Shown piece by piece: positions 17,993 through 28,139 of a stretch of 64,000 nt of DNA. Source of the DNA: a virus (taxonomy: Duplodnaviria; Caudoviricetes); IMG/VR virus record IMGVR_UViG_3300048920_000392, positions 7,593-71,592 of that record; one strand, 5' to 3'. The position numbers were made by a program, and so were the translations under genes. The number at the start of each line of letters is the position of its first letter. The stretch's first letter is position 1. A model generated the notes under the pieces. That model made no database searches and was not told where the DNA came from. It saw nothing but the letters and a program-made list of their open reading frames with translations.

Positions 17993-19382
17993 GCCTGGGC
18001 TGTTGAGTCGGCTGTTCGGCCGCAGCAAGCACCCCGTCGTGGCCTCGCTCGCCACTGCCGCGCTCAACCAGCCCCTGCTGGTACATCCGGCGATGGGTGA
18101 GGCGTTGATTGGCGCCTACCTGGAAGGGGCCGTGACCAGCGCAGACACCGAACTGCGCACCGACGTTATCGCCGCCGAGAACATCGCAGTGCTGAACATC
18201 ACGGGTGGGCTGGTGAACCGGCCGATGCCCGGTCCCAGTGGTGGTGGTCCGGTGAGCTACGCCGCAGTGCGCGAGAAGCTGGACGAACTGCTCGAGGACG
18301 ACAGTGTCGGTGCCATCGTGCTGCGGATCGAGTCGCCGGGCGGCATGGCGTCTGGCTGCTTTGACTTGGTGGATCGCATCTACCAGGCACGTGGCCGCAA
18401 ACCCCTGCATGCGCTCATCGACGATTACGCGTACTCGGCGGCATATGCCATCGCCAGCGCCTGCGATGTGATCTGGGTGAGCCGTACCGGCGGCGCCGGG
18501 TCCGTCGGCGTGGTCGCGTACCACCACGATTGGAGCAAGGGCAACGAGCAAATCGGGGTCAAGGTCACCCCCATCTACGCGGGTGCCAGGAAGGTCGACT
18601 TCAACCCGAATTTTGCGCTGACGGATGAAGCGAAGGCGGAGGCCCAGGCAGACGTGGAGCTGCTCCACGACCTGTTTGTCAAGACGGTAGCGCGCAACCT
18701 CGGCCTGGGCGAAGAAGCTGTGCGAGCGACCGAAGCTGCCACCTACCGCGGGCAGTTGGCGGTCGATGCAGGCTTTGCAAGCCGCCTCGGCACCTGGGAC
18801 GAGCTGGTGGCCGAGCTTGGCCATCGCGACGTGCCGGCGCCCGTAGAGCACGCCACAGCAGCCGACGATGCTGCAGCAGAGCCGGAAGCCACGGCCCAGG
18901 TCATGGTGACCGCCGACGGGTTCAAGGTGGTCGCCGGCAATGGGCAGACCCTTCTGGAGCAGCTCGCGCATGAGCCGTCGCCGACGCCGGATGCTTCCCA
19001 CGCGGATGCGCCGCCGGCGGCTACCGCCGAAACGCTTGCAACTGCTGTTGCCGCCAGCGCGCTGCCTGCGGGGATCGGCCTGGCACTGATCCAGCGCGGC
19101 CCGCAGCAAGGTGAGGACGTGGCTGCGGCCTTGGAATATGCCACTGCGGTGCGCGACGCATGCGCCGCGGCGATGACCGGCGGCGAAAGCCTGGCGGGCA
19201 ACTACATCAAATCGAACACCGATCTGGCTGCGGTGCGTGCCCAGCTGATCGCCCTGAAAGCGGAAGAAGGGCGCACCACGCAGATCGTGACCACTCTCCC
19301 GGCGCCGGACGCCGAGAAACGCGCCGCCGCTGTGAAGGCGTCGCTCAATCCCACCACCATCTACAAAATGCGAGGCAACTGA
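17982..19382 (+). CDS. S49 prohead protease/scaffold (gpC-like)
   Basis: LRIESPGG, AYSAAYAIAS, GSVGV motifs; Ala/Pro-rich C-terminal scaffold region. Confidence 0.93.
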   Translation: MTNKPGLLSRLFGRSKHPVVASLATAALNQPLLVHPAMGEALIGAYLEGAVTSADTELRTDVIAAENIAVLNITGGLVNRPMPGPSGGGPVSYAAVREKLDELLEDDSVGAIVLRIESPGGMASGCFDLVDRIYQARGRKPLHALIDDYAYSAAYAIASACDVIWVSRTGGAGSVGVVAYHHDWSKGNEQIGVKVTPIYAGARKVDFNPNFALTDEAKAEAQADVELLHDLFVKTVARNLGLGEEAVRATEAATYRGQLAVDAGFASRLGTWDELVAELGHRDVPAPVEHATAADDAAAEPEATAQVMVTADGFKVVAGNGQTLLEQLAHEPSPTPDASHADAPPAATAETLATAVAASALPAGIGLALIQRGPQQGEDVAAALEYATAVRDACAAAMTGGESLAGNYIKSNTDLAAVRAQLIALKAEEGRTTQIVTTLPAPDAEKRAAAVKASLNPTTIYKMRGN

Positions 19383-20059
19383 TGGAAATCAACCGCGATG
19401 GCGTCCGCAACGCCCAATTCCTGCTTTCCGAGGCTGCAGGCGAACGCAGCCGGGAGCTGATCCACATTCCCGCCGGCCAGGGCATTCTCGCCGCGGGCAC
19501 CCTGCTGAAAGCCGACAACACGAAGGCAGGTAGCGGCGCTGATGCCGTCAAGGTGCTGTATGGCCAGGTCGACACCGGGAGCGATCCGGACAGCCTGGCC
19601 GTCAAGGGCGCGGCGGTCGCTCGCGACGCCGAGGTGCACGGCGAGCTGCTGGGTTGGGCCCCGGGCACCGGCAGTGATCAGCGCCTGCTGGCTGCTGCCA
19701 GCCTGGCCGAGTCGGGCATCATTGTGCGCTGGACCTCGCGTCCGATCAGCTCGAACAGCGCCCACCACCTGGTGTTCGTCGATGTGCCGCTGAATGCCGC
19801 GGCAGGTGAGCCCGCCGGTGAAGTTGTTGCCCACATCACCGATGTCTTCGGTGCATTGGTGACCGGCAGCTCGGCAAGCGTGAGCCTGGCCAAGGCGACG
19901 GGCGCAGGCGCCCTGAGCGGCGGCGGCGCCAAGGCCGCAGTCAACGGCGTGGTCACCTGGGATGCCGTCGAGTTCAGCGCGGCCGGAACGTACACCCTGA
20001 CCGCTACTTCCGCCGGCCTGGTCGCCGCGACCAGCGATGAGATCGTCATCACCGCCTGA
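19382..20059 (+). CDS. Head decoration protein (gpD-like) with C-terminal Ig-like domain
   Basis: FLLSEAAGERSRE...LAAGTLL...RDAEV; then HHLVF...AHITDVFG...GTYTLTATSAGL Ig-like segment. Confidence 0.82.
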   Translation: MEINRDGVRNAQFLLSEAAGERSRELIHIPAGQGILAAGTLLKADNTKAGSGADAVKVLYGQVDTGSDPDSLAVKGAAVARDAEVHGELLGWAPGTGSDQRLLAAASLAESGIIVRWTSRPISSNSAHHLVFVDVPLNAAAGEPAGEVVAHITDVFGALVTGSSASVSLAKATGAGALSGGGAKAAVNGVVTWDAVEFSAAGTYTLTATSAGLVAATSDEIVITA

Positions 20060-20085
20060 CCGCCTCCGGTCGTCGTTACACCTCC

Positions 20086-20113
20086 AGCCCCGCCAAGTGC
20101 GGGGCTTTCTATT
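20086..20113 (+). terminator. Terminator-like hairpin between decoration and capsid genes
   Basis: AGCCCCGC-caagt-GCGGGGCT followed by TTCTATTT. Confidence 0.6.
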
Positions 20114-20133
20114 TCCGCATGAGGAAGACACAC

Positions 20134-21168
20134 ATGGATCTGCAGACCCTTCTGGCCCTGGGCGTGCTGAGCTTCGATTCGCTCAACGCCCACATCAACA
20201 ACCTGCCGCGCGTCCCGACCCGTATCGCCGAACTCGGCCTGTTCAAGGAACAGGGCCTGGTCGGTACCGACATCGTCAAGATCGGCATCAACGGCACCAA
20301 ACTGGTACTGGTGCCCAACGTGCCGCGCGGCGCGCCGGCTCAGCCCAAGTCGCTGGAGCGCGGCAAGGTCAAGCTCTTCCAGACCGCCCACCTCCCGCAG
20401 CGCTCGACCATCATGGCCGACACCCTGCTCAACGTGTTCTCTCCGGAGACGGACCCGGAAGGGCAGAACGTGGCCAGCGTGATCAACGCGCACCAGCTCA
20501 CCCACCGCCGTGACCTGGATTACACCATCGAGTATCACCGCATGGGCGCGCTCAGCGGCAAGGTCCTGGACGCCGATGGCTCGGTCATGTGGGACCTGTA
20601 CAAGGAGTTCAACGTTCAGCAGATCGTGCTGGGTATGTCCCTGACCACGGCGAGCACCAAGGTCCGCGGCAAGGTTCTGACCATCAAGCGGGCGATCGAG
20701 AAGGAACTCGGCCAGGTGCCCCACAACGGCATCCACGTCTTCTGCAGCCCCGAGTTCTTCGAGGCGCTGATCGACCACGACAACGTGGTCGCCGCCTACG
20801 CACGTTGGCAGGATGGCGAAGCGCTGCGCGACGACCCCCGCCGTGGCTTCACCTTCGGTGGCGTCACCTTCGAAGAGGTGGTCGGCGGCCAGGTGGCCAC
20901 CGAGGAAGAAGACCGTCCCTTCATCCCGGCCGGTGAGGCACTGGCCTTTCCGCTGGACGTGCCGGACATGTTCATCACCCGCTTTGCGCCGGCGGATTAC
21001 ATGGAGACGGTGAAGGGTGTCGGCCTGCCGTACTACAGCAAGACCGAGCCGCTGCGGATGAACAAGGGCCTCGACCTGGAAAGCCAGTCCAACCCGCTGA
21101 ACATCAACACGCGGCCGCGCGCCGTCATCCGGCTGAAGGCTACGGGCGGCGGCAACGCCGGCGGGTGA
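20134..21168 (+). CDS. Major capsid protein (phage_cap_E family)
   Basis: RIAELGLF...LVPNVPRG...TIEYHRMGALSG...FAPADY...SQSNPL...TRP. Confidence 0.93.
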   Translation: MDLQTLLALGVLSFDSLNAHINNLPRVPTRIAELGLFKEQGLVGTDIVKIGINGTKLVLVPNVPRGAPAQPKSLERGKVKLFQTAHLPQRSTIMADTLLNVFSPETDPEGQNVASVINAHQLTHRRDLDYTIEYHRMGALSGKVLDADGSVMWDLYKEFNVQQIVLGMSLTTASTKVRGKVLTIKRAIEKELGQVPHNGIHVFCSPEFFEALIDHDNVVAAYARWQDGEALRDDPRRGFTFGGVTFEEVVGGQVATEEEDRPFIPAGEALAFPLDVPDMFITRFAPADYMETVKGVGLPYYSKTEPLRMNKGLDLESQSNPLNINTRPRAVIRLKATGGGNAGG

Positions 21169-21214
21169 TTAACCGGCCCGGTCTGCATCTGCAGGCCGGG
21201 CTCCCGGGGAAGCC

Positions 21215-21976
21215 ATGAGCCAGCTCAAGATCGAGGTCGACGCCGACAAGGCGCTCGACCGCCAGTTGACGGACCTCGAGAAAAGCCAGCTGCCGTACGC
21301 AGCAATGCAGGCCGCCAACGCTGTGGCGTTCGAGGTCCGGGAGCGGTGGAAACGCACCGCGCCCAAGGTATTCGACCGGCCAGCGCCGCTGACGGTGAAC
21401 GCGGCGATGTACCGCAAGGCGACCAAGAAGGACCCCTTTGCGGAGGTCTACATCCGCGACGAGGCCTTCAAGGGCACGCCGCCGGCGAAGTATCTGCTGC
21501 CCGAAGTCGAAGGTGGCCAGCGCCGCAAAAAGGGTTTCGAGCGGCTGCTGCAGTCACGAGGCCTGATATCGGCAAAGCAATACGCAGTCATGGGAAGAGG
21601 GGCGACCCCAGACGTCTACGGCAACGTTCCTGCCGGCCAGGTCAACCGCATCCTGTCCCAGCTGGGGGCCCAGCGGGACCACTACCAGAATCAATCCGAA
21701 GCCAGCACCAAGCGCCGGCGCTCCAAGAAGCGCCGCGGTGGCGAGTATTTCGTCATCACCAAGCGCCGCGGAAAGCTGCGCCCGGGTATCTACGAGCGAC
21801 TGAACACGGGCTTCGGCTCCGGTGTCCGGTCGATCTTCATTTTCACCGATGCGCCCAAGTACAAGCCGCGCTACGACATCTTCGGTATGGCCAGCGACAC
21901 CTGGCAGAAGCTGATGCCGTTCTTCCTGCAGCGCGAGCTGGAAAAGGCCATGCAAACGGCCAGACCCCTGCCATGA
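21215..21976 (+). CDS. Tail completion/neck protein (gpZ-like)
   Basis: QLPYAAMQAAN...VFDRP...KYLLPEVEGG, basic C-terminal half; position after capsid. Confidence 0.7.
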   Translation: MSQLKIEVDADKALDRQLTDLEKSQLPYAAMQAANAVAFEVRERWKRTAPKVFDRPAPLTVNAAMYRKATKKDPFAEVYIRDEAFKGTPPAKYLLPEVEGGQRRKKGFERLLQSRGLISAKQYAVMGRGATPDVYGNVPAGQVNRILSQLGAQRDHYQNQSEASTKRRRSKKRRGGEYFVITKRRGKLRPGIYERLNTGFGSGVRSIFIFTDAPKYKPRYDIFGMASDTWQKLMPFFLQRELEKAMQTARPLP

Positions 21977-22299
21977 GCCAGAAGTCGACACTGCAAAACA
22001 TGGACGCGCTGATGTTCGCCGCGTTCGCCGGCGCCGGCATTGCCGACGCCGCCACCTACCAAAACCCGGCGGGCCAGCCGGTGCCTTGCACCGCGCTGCT
22101 CGATGAGGGCGTGCAGGACTACGGCGACGACGATGCTCCGGTGTCGGCCCCCTATGATCGCGTGACGCTACAGCTGCGCGAGGTAGAGCCCCGTGTCGGC
22201 GGCATCGTGCGCATCACCGGTACCGGCGCGCGCCTGAAGCTGGAGAAGCGGCTGCGCGGCGACGCGTCGTCACAACAGTGGGTGGTGCTGCATGTCTAG
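21973..22299 (+). CDS. Head closure protein (FII-like)
   Basis: 108-aa coupled ORF in the neck module. Confidence 0.65.
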   Translation: MSQKSTLQNMDALMFAAFAGAGIADAATYQNPAGQPVPCTALLDEGVQDYGDDDAPVSAPYDRVTLQLREVEPRVGGIVRITGTGARLKLEKRLRGDASSQQWVVLHV

Positions 22300-22726
22300 C
22301 CCGCGCGCGAGGCTCCTGGCTGCCTTTGGCGATTGCCTGGGCCGCATCAGCACGACCAACGGATATCTCACCGACGCCGGCACCAGCTGGACCACCGAGC
22401 CGCAGCAGGTCGACGCAGCTGCCACGGCAGTGCTGACGGCAGTCATCGACAAGCAGCAGCGCGCCACCGACGCGGCGCTGGTGCGCACCCATCGGCTGAC
22501 GACCGTTGCGGTGATCGGCAAGGTGCCGGCGAGCCTGGAGAACTACCAACAGCGGCTCGACGATCTGGTCACCGACATCGAAGCGGCGATGGACGAGCAG
22601 CAGCAGGCCTTTCCGAGTGGCCTCCAGTACCCCGTGTACGTCGCCATGGAACCGCTGAGCCCGGACCCGGGCGCCGGCTGGATGGGCGTTGCGGTCACCT
22701 ACCAGTCCCACATCCCGAAAAAGTAA
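22292..22726 (+). CDS. Tail terminator (gpU-like)
   Basis: LGRISTTNGYLTDAG...LDDLVTDIEAAM. Confidence 0.7.
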   Translation: MSSPRARLLAAFGDCLGRISTTNGYLTDAGTSWTTEPQQVDAAATAVLTAVIDKQQRATDAALVRTHRLTTVAVIGKVPASLENYQQRLDDLVTDIEAAMDEQQQAFPSGLQYPVYVAMEPLSPDPGAGWMGVAVTYQSHIPKK

Positions 22727-22766
22727 TCCCGCCGCCCACGCGGCATCACCGACGAGGAACGCCAAC

Positions 22767-23528
22767 ATGGCAGAAGATTTCAGCTACTTGGGCAACGGCA
22801 TCATCCTGATCCGCGAATGGAACACCGGTGCGCCCTTCGACGAGGTCGGCAACTGCTCCGCATTCAGCGTGTCGCCCAAGACCAACACGATCGAGCTGGC
22901 CGACAACCAGAACCCGGGCGGTGGCATCGCCAACCGCGTGGATCGGGTGACCGGCTACGACGTTGCCTACACCTTCCACGACTTCAACAAGGACAACTTC
23001 GCCCGCACCACGCGCGGCGTGGCAACGACCGTAGCCGCCGGCGCTGTGCCCGACGAGGCGGTGCGCACCAGTAAGGGGCGTTTCGTTCCCTTGAAGTTCC
23101 CGGCCACCGAAATCACCAGCGTGAAGCTGGCGTCCGCCCCCGCCACTACCTATGAAAAGGACAAGGACTACGTGTTGCGTCGGGGCATGCTGTTCATCCC
23201 GGCTGATTCCACGATCGCCGATCCGGGCAACGGCTCTGCCGCCGCCAACGTCGTCGTCGCGTACAAGCACGGTGAGCTGGGTCAGGTTGAAGCCGGCGTC
23301 CGCCCGCAGCGCTTCTATGAAATGCAGTTCATCGGGACCAACGAAGCGCGCAGTGGCAAGCAGGTGCGCCTGGTCGCCCACAAGGTCAGCGGCGGCATGA
23401 TCGAGCAGCTGGGCCTGCTGGGCGACCAGTTCGGCGCGGGCTCTGTCACCGGTGCACTGGTGAAGGACGCCGACAAGGCCACCACCGACGACAAGTCGGC
23501 CTACTTCTTCTGGCAGCAGGAGAACTGA
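22767..23528 (+). CDS. Major tail tube protein
   Basis: SYLGNG...EVGNCSAFSV...FIGTNEARSGKQV; precedes the tail chaperones. Confidence 0.85.
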   Translation: MAEDFSYLGNGIILIREWNTGAPFDEVGNCSAFSVSPKTNTIELADNQNPGGGIANRVDRVTGYDVAYTFHDFNKDNFARTTRGVATTVAAGAVPDEAVRTSKGRFVPLKFPATEITSVKLASAPATTYEKDKDYVLRRGMLFIPADSTIADPGNGSAAANVVVAYKHGELGQVEAGVRPQRFYEMQFIGTNEARSGKQVRLVAHKVSGGMIEQLGLLGDQFGAGSVTGALVKDADKATTDDKSAYFFWQQEN

Positions 23529-23533
23529 CCGTC

Positions 23534-24019
23534 ATGGAAGAACTGCAGACGATCACACCCCCGCGGCGCAGCGTCGCGTTCCGCGGCGAGGTGCTCGTGG
23601 TGGGGCCGCTGCGGCTGGAGCAGCTCGCTCCCTTCATCACCGCCTCTCGCCCGATTATCGGGCGGGTGGTGCTCGCCTCCGGCCTGATGGGCCAGGCAGC
23701 GCCGGTCGAGGTGGGCGCGATCATTCTTGACCTGTTCGAGCAGGATTCCTTGGCGTTCGCACAGGCCTTGGCAGTGGTCACCGGCAAAGAGCCGGACTGG
23801 CTTGCCGCCGGCGAGCTGGACGAGGTGGCCACCTTGGTTGAGGCCGTGGTGGCGCTGAACAAGGATTTTTTCGTCCGCCGCCTGCCCGCGCTGCTGGCGG
23901 CGGCCAGGCCGGTGACCGCGCCACCCACGCCGCCGCCGGAAGCCGAAGCGCAACAGCAGGATGGGACGACCTCATCCAGTACCTCGTCGCCCGAGGCCAC
24001 AGCCGCAGCGACGTCCTGA
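23534..24019 (+). CDS. Tail assembly chaperone (gpG-like)
   Basis: Between tail tube and tape measure; contains T TTT TTC slippery heptamer at 23866. Confidence 0.85.
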   Translation: MEELQTITPPRRSVAFRGEVLVVGPLRLEQLAPFITASRPIIGRVVLASGLMGQAAPVEVGAIILDLFEQDSLAFAQALAVVTGKEPDWLAAGELDEVATLVEAVVALNKDFFVRRLPALLAAARPVTAPPTPPPEAEAQQQDGTTSSSTSSPEATAAATS

Positions 24020-24168
24020 CGTACACGCTGGCCCAGGTCCGGGCCTACACCGCCGCCGCTGCCCGGGATGATCGGCAGCGGCAGGTGGACCTGGCAATCG
24101 CCGTACGAATGGCAATGGGCGCCGATGCTGGCGCCTGGGCCACCTTCCTGAAACAGGAACCTGCCTGA
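23866..24168 (+). other. -1 frameshift extension giving the gpGT-like chaperone
   Basis: -1 frame is open from the heptamer to TGA at 24166-24168 (overlapping the tape-measure ATG); encodes GWDDLIQYLVARGH...YTLAQV. Confidence 0.8.
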
Positions 24169-26930
24169 TGGCCGAACCAACTGCCAATCTGCGCGTCCGC
24201 ATCGGCGCCGACTTCAACGACATCAAGCAGAGCCTGGTGCTGCTGCGCAAGGACCTCAACGAGGTCCGCAACACTGCCGGCCGACCGTTGCCGACCAACA
24301 ACGCGATCAACCAGCTGGGCGTGTCGGCGGGCCAGACCGCGCAGGCCATGCGGCAGCTGCCGGCGCAGTTCACCGACGTGTTCACCAGTCTGCAAGGCGG
24401 CATGCCCTGGTTCACGGTGCTGGTTCAGCAGGGCGGCCAGATCAAGGACAGCTTCGGCGGCGTCGGACCAGCGTTACGCGGTGTTGGCCAGGGTATTGCC
24501 GGGCTGATGACGCCTACTGCGGCATATGCCGCAATCGTCGGCGTCCTCGCCTACGCCTGGTACGACGCCGCGCGCAGCTCGGAGGCTTACACGCGGTCGT
24601 TGGTGCTTTCGCGCAACGAGGCGGCGGCCACCAGCGCGGTGCTCGCCGACCTGTCGGCACGCACCGCCAGCTCCCAAGAGGTGAGCGTCGGCAAGGCGCA
24701 GGCCGCGGCGGTGGCGATCGGGCAGAGCGGGCAGGTCGCGCGCGAGAACTTCGAGGCCGTGGCGCGTGCAGCTGTGGCCATGGAAGAAATCAACGGTGCC
24801 GCTATCGACGACACGGTGGCGGCGTACGCCAAGCTGGCCGGCGATCCGGTGAAGTACTCGCAGGAGCTGAACAAGCAGGTCAACTTCCTGACGGTCGAAA
24901 TCTACGACCAGATTCGCGCGCTGCAGGAGCAGGGACGGAACCAGGAGGCGGCTACCGTCGCCACGCGCGCGGCGGCGGATGCGACGGCCGAGGCGCTGGC
25001 CAAGGTGCGCGGCAGCCAGAACCCGGTGATTCGGGGCTTCAAAGAGCTGTTTGTTGAGGCCAGCAGGGCATGGGAGGCGATGAAGAACGGCCTTGGCTTC
25101 AGCTCGGCGGCTGTGGAAATGCAGAAGCTGTTGCAGGACAACCAGCGCGACGTCGCCTTCATGAACAAGGGCGTCGCCGATGGGATGGGCTACGCCTGGG
25201 TGTACCAGTATGAAAGCTCGATCAAGTCGCGGTCGGCCCGGATCAAGGAAATCGCCGCCCAGCAGCAGAAGGAAGCGAAGGACGCGCAGGTCACCGCGGC
25301 ACAGTCCACATCTCAGGAAGTGGCGCAGGAGCTGGACGCCATCATCGACGCGCAGGCGTCCAAGGAAGAGAAGAAGCGCCGCGAGGTCGCACGGGTGCAG
25401 GTGGCCGCCCAGGAGGCCATCGAGAAGGCCAAGGCCGCCGGCCTGACCGATGTGGTCACCGAGCTGGAAGAGCGGCGGCAGAAGGCGATCGCGGCGATTC
25501 AGGAAAAGTACGCCAAGAAGAACACGGGCGGTACCGGGTCGGCGACGCGGGGCGCCGGTCTGCAGGCGTTCAAGGATGACCTGGTGGAAGAGCAGGCGGA
25601 GATTGCCGCCAGCACCCAGACTCTGCGTGCGCAGTACGCGGCGCGCGAAATCACCGCTGAGCAGTACTACGGCAACATGCGGGAGCTGCTCACCCGCGGC
25701 GCGGCTGCGGAAGCCACGGCACTGCAGAGCCAGATCGACTACCTCCAGAAACAGACCGTTGCTGGCAAGGATGCGATCGGGGTCGGGCGTCAGGTTGGCG
25801 AACTGGAGGCGCGCCTGGCCAAGGTTCGCACCGAGGGGGCCGCCAAGCTCGAAGTCCTGGCCAGCGAGGAACGCGCGGCGGCCGCAAGCCGGGCCAACGC
25901 CATTGCTTCGTACGCCAATGCCCTAGACGCCAGCAACGACGCACTGGAGCGGCAGATGCGGGCGATGGTCGCCAAGGTCGGCATGGGCGATCGCGAGTAC
26001 GAAGTCCAGCAGCGCATCAACGACGCTTACGCCGACCAGGCCGACAAGCTGCGCGAGCTGCAGCTGCAGCTCAACGCCAAGCAGATCGACCAGGGCATGT
26101 TCGACTCCGAGAAGGCGGTGCTGCTGGAGAAGACGGGTGACCGCATTGAGGCCATCCGGACCGGCTACGCCGACCTGGCCACTGCCGAAGGCAACTGGCT
26201 GTCCGGTGCCACCTCTGCATGGTCGAACTATGCGCAGCAGGCCGGAGATGTGGCCGGCCAGATGCGCGACGTCGTTGGAAACGTCTTTACGGGCTGGGAG
26301 GAGAAGTTCGTCCAGTTCTCTACCAGCAGCAAGGTGAGCTTCAGCGACTTGGCTGATTCGATCATCAAGGACCTGGCCCGCATCGCCGCAAAGCAAGCAG
26401 TGACGGGCTTGGCAAACGTCGTCGCGGGTGCCTTCGGCTCGTACTTCGGTGGCGTGAACACCGCCGGCAATGCAGCCGTCACCAACGGTACCCAGGGCAT
26501 CAACCAGGACCTGTTCAACAAGCTGATGGCCGGTGGGAAGTCCGAAGGTGGCTACACGGGCCCGGGCGGCAAGTATGAGCCCAAGGGCATTGTGCACGCC
26601 GGTGAAGTGGTGTGGTCCCAGGCGGACGTGGCGCGCGCTGGTGGTGTGGGCATTGTGGAAGCCATGCGGCAGGGGTTCCGCGGCTACGCCGAGGGCGGTG
26701 TCGTCGGTGGCCTTTCCGCTCCGGCACCCGCTGGCGGCGCGGTCAACGTCACCGTGCGCAACGCTCCCGCCGGGACAACCGCGAGCGCTTCGAAGAACGA
26801 CAAGGGCGGAGTCGACATCGATGTGCTGCTGGGACAGGTCGACAGCTACATCGGAGGCCAGATCGCCACCGGCGCCGGCTCAACCTACACCAGCATCAAG
26901 GGGCGCTTCGGCGCCAAGGACAGCGTGTAA
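24168..26930 (+). CDS. Tail tape measure protein (lambda family)
   Basis: 920-aa Ala-rich helical protein; QFTDVFTSLQGG...QQGGQIKD; GGYTGPGGKYEPKGIVHAGE. Confidence 0.95.
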   Translation: MAEPTANLRVRIGADFNDIKQSLVLLRKDLNEVRNTAGRPLPTNNAINQLGVSAGQTAQAMRQLPAQFTDVFTSLQGGMPWFTVLVQQGGQIKDSFGGVGPALRGVGQGIAGLMTPTAAYAAIVGVLAYAWYDAARSSEAYTRSLVLSRNEAAATSAVLADLSARTASSQEVSVGKAQAAAVAIGQSGQVARENFEAVARAAVAMEEINGAAIDDTVAAYAKLAGDPVKYSQELNKQVNFLTVEIYDQIRALQEQGRNQEAATVATRAAADATAEALAKVRGSQNPVIRGFKELFVEASRAWEAMKNGLGFSSAAVEMQKLLQDNQRDVAFMNKGVADGMGYAWVYQYESSIKSRSARIKEIAAQQQKEAKDAQVTAAQSTSQEVAQELDAIIDAQASKEEKKRREVARVQVAAQEAIEKAKAAGLTDVVTELEERRQKAIAAIQEKYAKKNTGGTGSATRGAGLQAFKDDLVEEQAEIAASTQTLRAQYAAREITAEQYYGNMRELLTRGAAAEATALQSQIDYLQKQTVAGKDAIGVGRQVGELEARLAKVRTEGAAKLEVLASEERAAAASRANAIASYANALDASNDALERQMRAMVAKVGMGDREYEVQQRINDAYADQADKLRELQLQLNAKQIDQGMFDSEKAVLLEKTGDRIEAIRTGYADLATAEGNWLSGATSAWSNYAQQAGDVAGQMRDVVGNVFTGWEEKFVQFSTSSKVSFSDLADSIIKDLARIAAKQAVTGLANVVAGAFGSYFGGVNTAGNAAVTNGTQGINQDLFNKLMAGGKSEGGYTGPGGKYEPKGIVHAGEVVWSQADVARAGGVGIVEAMRQGFRGYAEGGVVGGLSAPAPAGGAVNVTVRNAPAGTTASASKNDKGGVDIDVLLGQVDSYIGGQIATGAGSTYTSIKGRFGAKDSV

Positions 26931-27286
26931 TGGCATCTCTCCCCGGCGTGGCGCTGGTCATGTTCGACGGCCAGCAGCGCACCTTCGATCCGTCTGTCCT
27001 TCGCACGGAAATGGAGCGGGGTGTGCCAAAGCAACGCCTGCTCAACACGCAGGTCCTGGTCAAACAGTCGATGTCGCTCTACTTCGCCAACATCGACGAT
27101 GCCGAGCAGTTCGAAGCCTGGTATTTCGGCGTGATTGGGCGGATTGACTGGTTCACCATGGTGCATCCCTACACGGGGGCGACGATCACCGCGCGGTTTG
27201 AGAATGGCGCGATCGGTGACCTGGTGCCGGAGGACAAGTTCGCGGCGGACTATCGCCGCGACCTGGTCGTGGAGTATTTGCGATGA
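26930..27286 (+). CDS. Distal tail protein
   Basis: SVLRTEMERGVPKQR...FEAWY...WFTM; coupled to tape measure. Confidence 0.75.
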   Translation: MASLPGVALVMFDGQQRTFDPSVLRTEMERGVPKQRLLNTQVLVKQSMSLYFANIDDAEQFEAWYFGVIGRIDWFTMVHPYTGATITARFENGAIGDLVPEDKFAADYRRDLVVEYLR

Positions 27287-27744
27287 GCTTCACCGAGCGC
27301 AAACAGCGTGTCACTGACAGGTCGGGGGTTCTCCTGTTTCTCGAGGTAAATGCGCCCTCGTTCAGCGGGCCGCTGCGAATCGTCAACGATACCCAGAACT
27401 GGACCAGCAACGGAGTGCTGTATCTGGGCGTGCCGTTTGGCTTCAAGCTGCCGGACGACACGCGGGGTCAGTCACCCCGGGCCCAGCTGGTGCTGGACAA
27501 CGTGGGCCGGGGTATTTCGGACGATCTGGAAGGGTTGCAGGCGAACGAGGTAGTCATGGCGCGCCTGATGGTGTCCGATCGGGTGAACCCCAACGCCATC
27601 GAGCGCGACTACTACCTGCCGATCACCGCAGTGACGATCAGCGGCGCCACGGCAACCGCGCAGTGTGGCGTCGACTACCTGATGCGGCAGCAGGCGGTGA
27701 AGCTGCGCGCCAACCCCTTCACCATGCCGGGGATATTCAATTGA
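27283..27744 (+). CDS. Minor tail protein (DUF1833/gpL-like)
   Basis: LFLEVNAPSFSGPLRIVNDTQ...PFGFKLPDD...LVLDNVGR. Confidence 0.85.
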   Translation: MSFTERKQRVTDRSGVLLFLEVNAPSFSGPLRIVNDTQNWTSNGVLYLGVPFGFKLPDDTRGQSPRAQLVLDNVGRGISDDLEGLQANEVVMARLMVSDRVNPNAIERDYYLPITAVTISGATATAQCGVDYLMRQQAVKLRANPFTMPGIFN

Positions 27745-28139
27745 TCCCTCTGGCGGACGTTGAGCGCTTCGTCGGGATTCCATACGACGAGGACGAGTTT
27801 GATTGTGCCGACCTGGTCGCGCTGGTGCAGCGTGATTTGTTCGGCCGTGACGTGAGCCTGCCGCAGCGGCGCGCGCGCGGCACTGCCGGTCAGGCGGTGA
27901 TCGGGCAACAGTCCCGTGAGTACGCCCGTCCGCGAATAGGAACGCCAAAGGATGGCGACCTCGTGCTGATGTTCGAGCACGCCCAGAAACGCCCCGGCCA
28001 TGCCGGGGTTTTCTTTTTCCTGGCCCATGAGGGCTGGGTCCTCCACACCAACGAGAGCAACGGCTGCAGCGTGCTGCACCGCGTTCGCGACCTGCCGGAA
28101 TTCGGCGCAAGGATCGAGGGTTTCTATTCATGGGTGTGA
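27741..28139 (+). CDS. Tail-associated NlpC/P60 protein (gpK-like)
   Basis: FVGIPY...FDCADLV...GDLVLM...GHAG...VLH; TTG start. Confidence 0.85.
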   Translation: MIPLADVERFVGIPYDEDEFDCADLVALVQRDLFGRDVSLPQRRARGTAGQAVIGQQSREYARPRIGTPKDGDLVLMFEHAQKRPGHAGVFFFLAHEGWVLHTNESNGCSVLHRVRDLPEFGARIEGFYSWV

